DNA from: Amphiscolops sp. MND2022
Lineage: Eukaryota
DNA: 64,000 bases
Direction: 5' to 3'
Assembly (NCBI GenBank): GCA_964187785.1
Contig: OZ076421.1
Coordinates: 36,022,001-36,086,000 of the forward strand
The translations under genes and the position numbers were made by a program. Below the pieces are notes generated by a model, which was not told where the DNA came from, searched no databases, and saw only the letters and a program-made list of their open reading frames with translations. Shown here one piece after another: positions 62,265 to 64,000 of the stretch. Positions within the stretch are counted from its first letter, which is position 1; each line of letters begins with the position of its first letter.

Positions 62265-63609
62265 ACTTCTTGAATTCTTATATAGTTCCAGATAAGAAAA
62301 AACTTATAACATTTATCGAAGTCAAGCTTCATTCCCCCTGGCATGGCCCCAGAGTATTCCGAAGCAAGGTATGATAAGTTTCGAGTTGAATCTTAGACTT
62401 TCACATAAAGCATACTTTCAGCGGAAAGGAAGCGTTATACCCAAAGGTGATACTATTTTAGTTCAATTTGACAAGATAATCAAATTTGACAAGCAATATA
62501 CTTCGGATATAAAGTCAAAAGTTCAAGTTCGGATATAATGTGCTGTGCCACATGGCAGCGCACTTTTTGAGAACTTCCGCCTTCCCCGTAGTAAAAAGCA
62601 ATATATGTCAGGCACAAAAAATACCCTATAAGATTATGAGTCCAAGTCTTCTCGTTTACCCTGGAATACCCAAGGTTCAAAACCTCCATCTGCCGGATTA
62701 ATTAACAGCTGCAGTTTTCAGATTGCTATATGTGGCTACATTCAAAAACAGCTTCACTAGCTCGCAAAATAGCAATAAAATGACAGCTTTCAGGTATTCA
62801 TTTGCTGAGTCAATTTCTCCTACATTTTTACTCCATAGTGCTTCAATTCAGTGCATCGCTTCCAATTGGATACAAAATACCCTTTTAATTACCAAAAGAT
62901 CTCTCAATTAAACTTTTTAATCCCTGACGTGATTGGTTGAAAATGAAAGACAGCAAAAGATTTTACTGAATTTTTTTCGAAACAAAGAAGAAATAATGAA
63001 AATAATTCTCTTCCAGTATCTTTGAATTTCTCAACTCATTTATGCTTCGCGGATTATTTCTTGATTATTGATGATTATTTCTTTACCAGTTTCAATATAT
63101 TCAGTTCAAATTGCTGCTTTCAATTTTCAGAGAAAGTTTCAGCCTTCGCCAAAATATTGTTGATCGATCAATTATCAAAATTCTCGGCAATAATTGTTGA
63201 CAACAGCTGAAATATACAAATGAATTCAACCAATGCAATCGTGTCATTTTTTTTGAAATTATTGCTTCCTCAAGTTCAACCAAAAGAAATCAATTAAATA
63301 ATTGAAAACACCCCCAAAAAGTGACCCTCCAAAAGACCTTGTTTTAGCAATCGAATTTGGGTGACGGACCAATTTCGATTTTGATTCGCATCACAGGGTA
63401 CAATGATCCAAGACTTTCTATACCTCTGCATTCTGTTGTTAATTCTTGATCGTTTTATTCCTCTGCAAACTTTTTCCATGTCCAGCAGGGCACGTGCTGT
63501 GAGATACATCACGTGGGATGACGTCAGACGCAACAAACGGATGACAGCCGGGGTCATCCAGAGCACACTGGGTTTGAGTAGGAAGGTAAGAAATATCACA
63601 AAGAGGATA

Positions 63610-63900
63610 AACAAGCCAAAAGTCATGAGTCGGCGCCCCGCTTAAGGCTCAAAAATAGCAAAAGGATTTCAAAGTGTCATGCATTGACTTCCTCAGTACC
63701 AGAAATACCCAAAGGGGGCCGAACTGGCGCGCTAACAGAGGGACCCTCTGGGATTTTTGGACATCCATACTGTTGCTGCAAAATATCAGAAATTTAAGGG
63801 GGACCCGTTAGAGACATTTACACATTACCGAAAAAATCTCACAGTGCCGAAACAAATCGAAAGGACAACCCTTTAGTGTAATCTGGTTTTGTAAGTTACA
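63610..63900 (+). mobile_element. Family-1 repeat, degenerate
   Basis: aacaagcc...gagtcggcgccccgcttaaggctcaaaaatagcaaaagg, followed by gggaccc motifs. Confidence 0.75.
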
Positions 63901-64000
63901 TTAAAAAAAGGAACAACTATGATAGTTCAATTCTCTAGGCCAAATGCTACAATTTGCAATTTAGCTCTTACAACTTTGTAGGGCTTGAAGAACACTTTTC

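Noticed and set aside
62400-62460. Penelope/telomerase-like RT motif (YFQRKGSVIPKG)
   Set aside because: Isolated resemblance with no YxDD or continuing frame.
63294-63645. Membrane-protein or GPCR exon
   Set aside because: Splice-like signals exist but there is no recognisable family and no consistent exon chain; partly overlaps a family-1 repeat.

Overview
AT-rich eukaryotic (invertebrate animal) genomic DNA with spliceosomal introns, dominated by transposable elements. The style recalls an acoel/flatworm-like genome, but I cannot verify that. Host genes: Nup210/gp210 (+, exons 13398-14612, 14842-18962, 20513-20697; first exon(s) not located), a complete 7-exon xylulokinase XYLB (+, 24055-32545, 537 aa), a PLAC8/cornifelin-like exon (-, ~43.55-44.09 kb) and unidentified exons near 48.7-50.1 kb. 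Mobile DNA: a decayed Polinton-type pPolB (0-5.1 kb) interrupted by a TSD-flanked hAT element; two CR1/L2-type LINE relics (8.4-12.5 kb); Tc1/mariner-type MITEs; two Helentron/DINE-like repeat families; a deleted Mag-type LTR element (44.6-46.6 kb); and two large Ty3/Gypsy elements (34.4-41.2 kb +, 51.0-62.3 kb -). The main observation is that both large Gypsy elements carry several kb of extra genes downstream of pol, arranged as a divergent cassette. In the second element the antisense cargo is an intron-containing gene whose motifs line up with a catalytically degenerate hAT-type transposase. In the first it is a decayed protein-kinase-like domain. These family assignments are by-eye motif alignments and need HMM or structure confirmation. 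One 200-N gap lies at 50118-50317.
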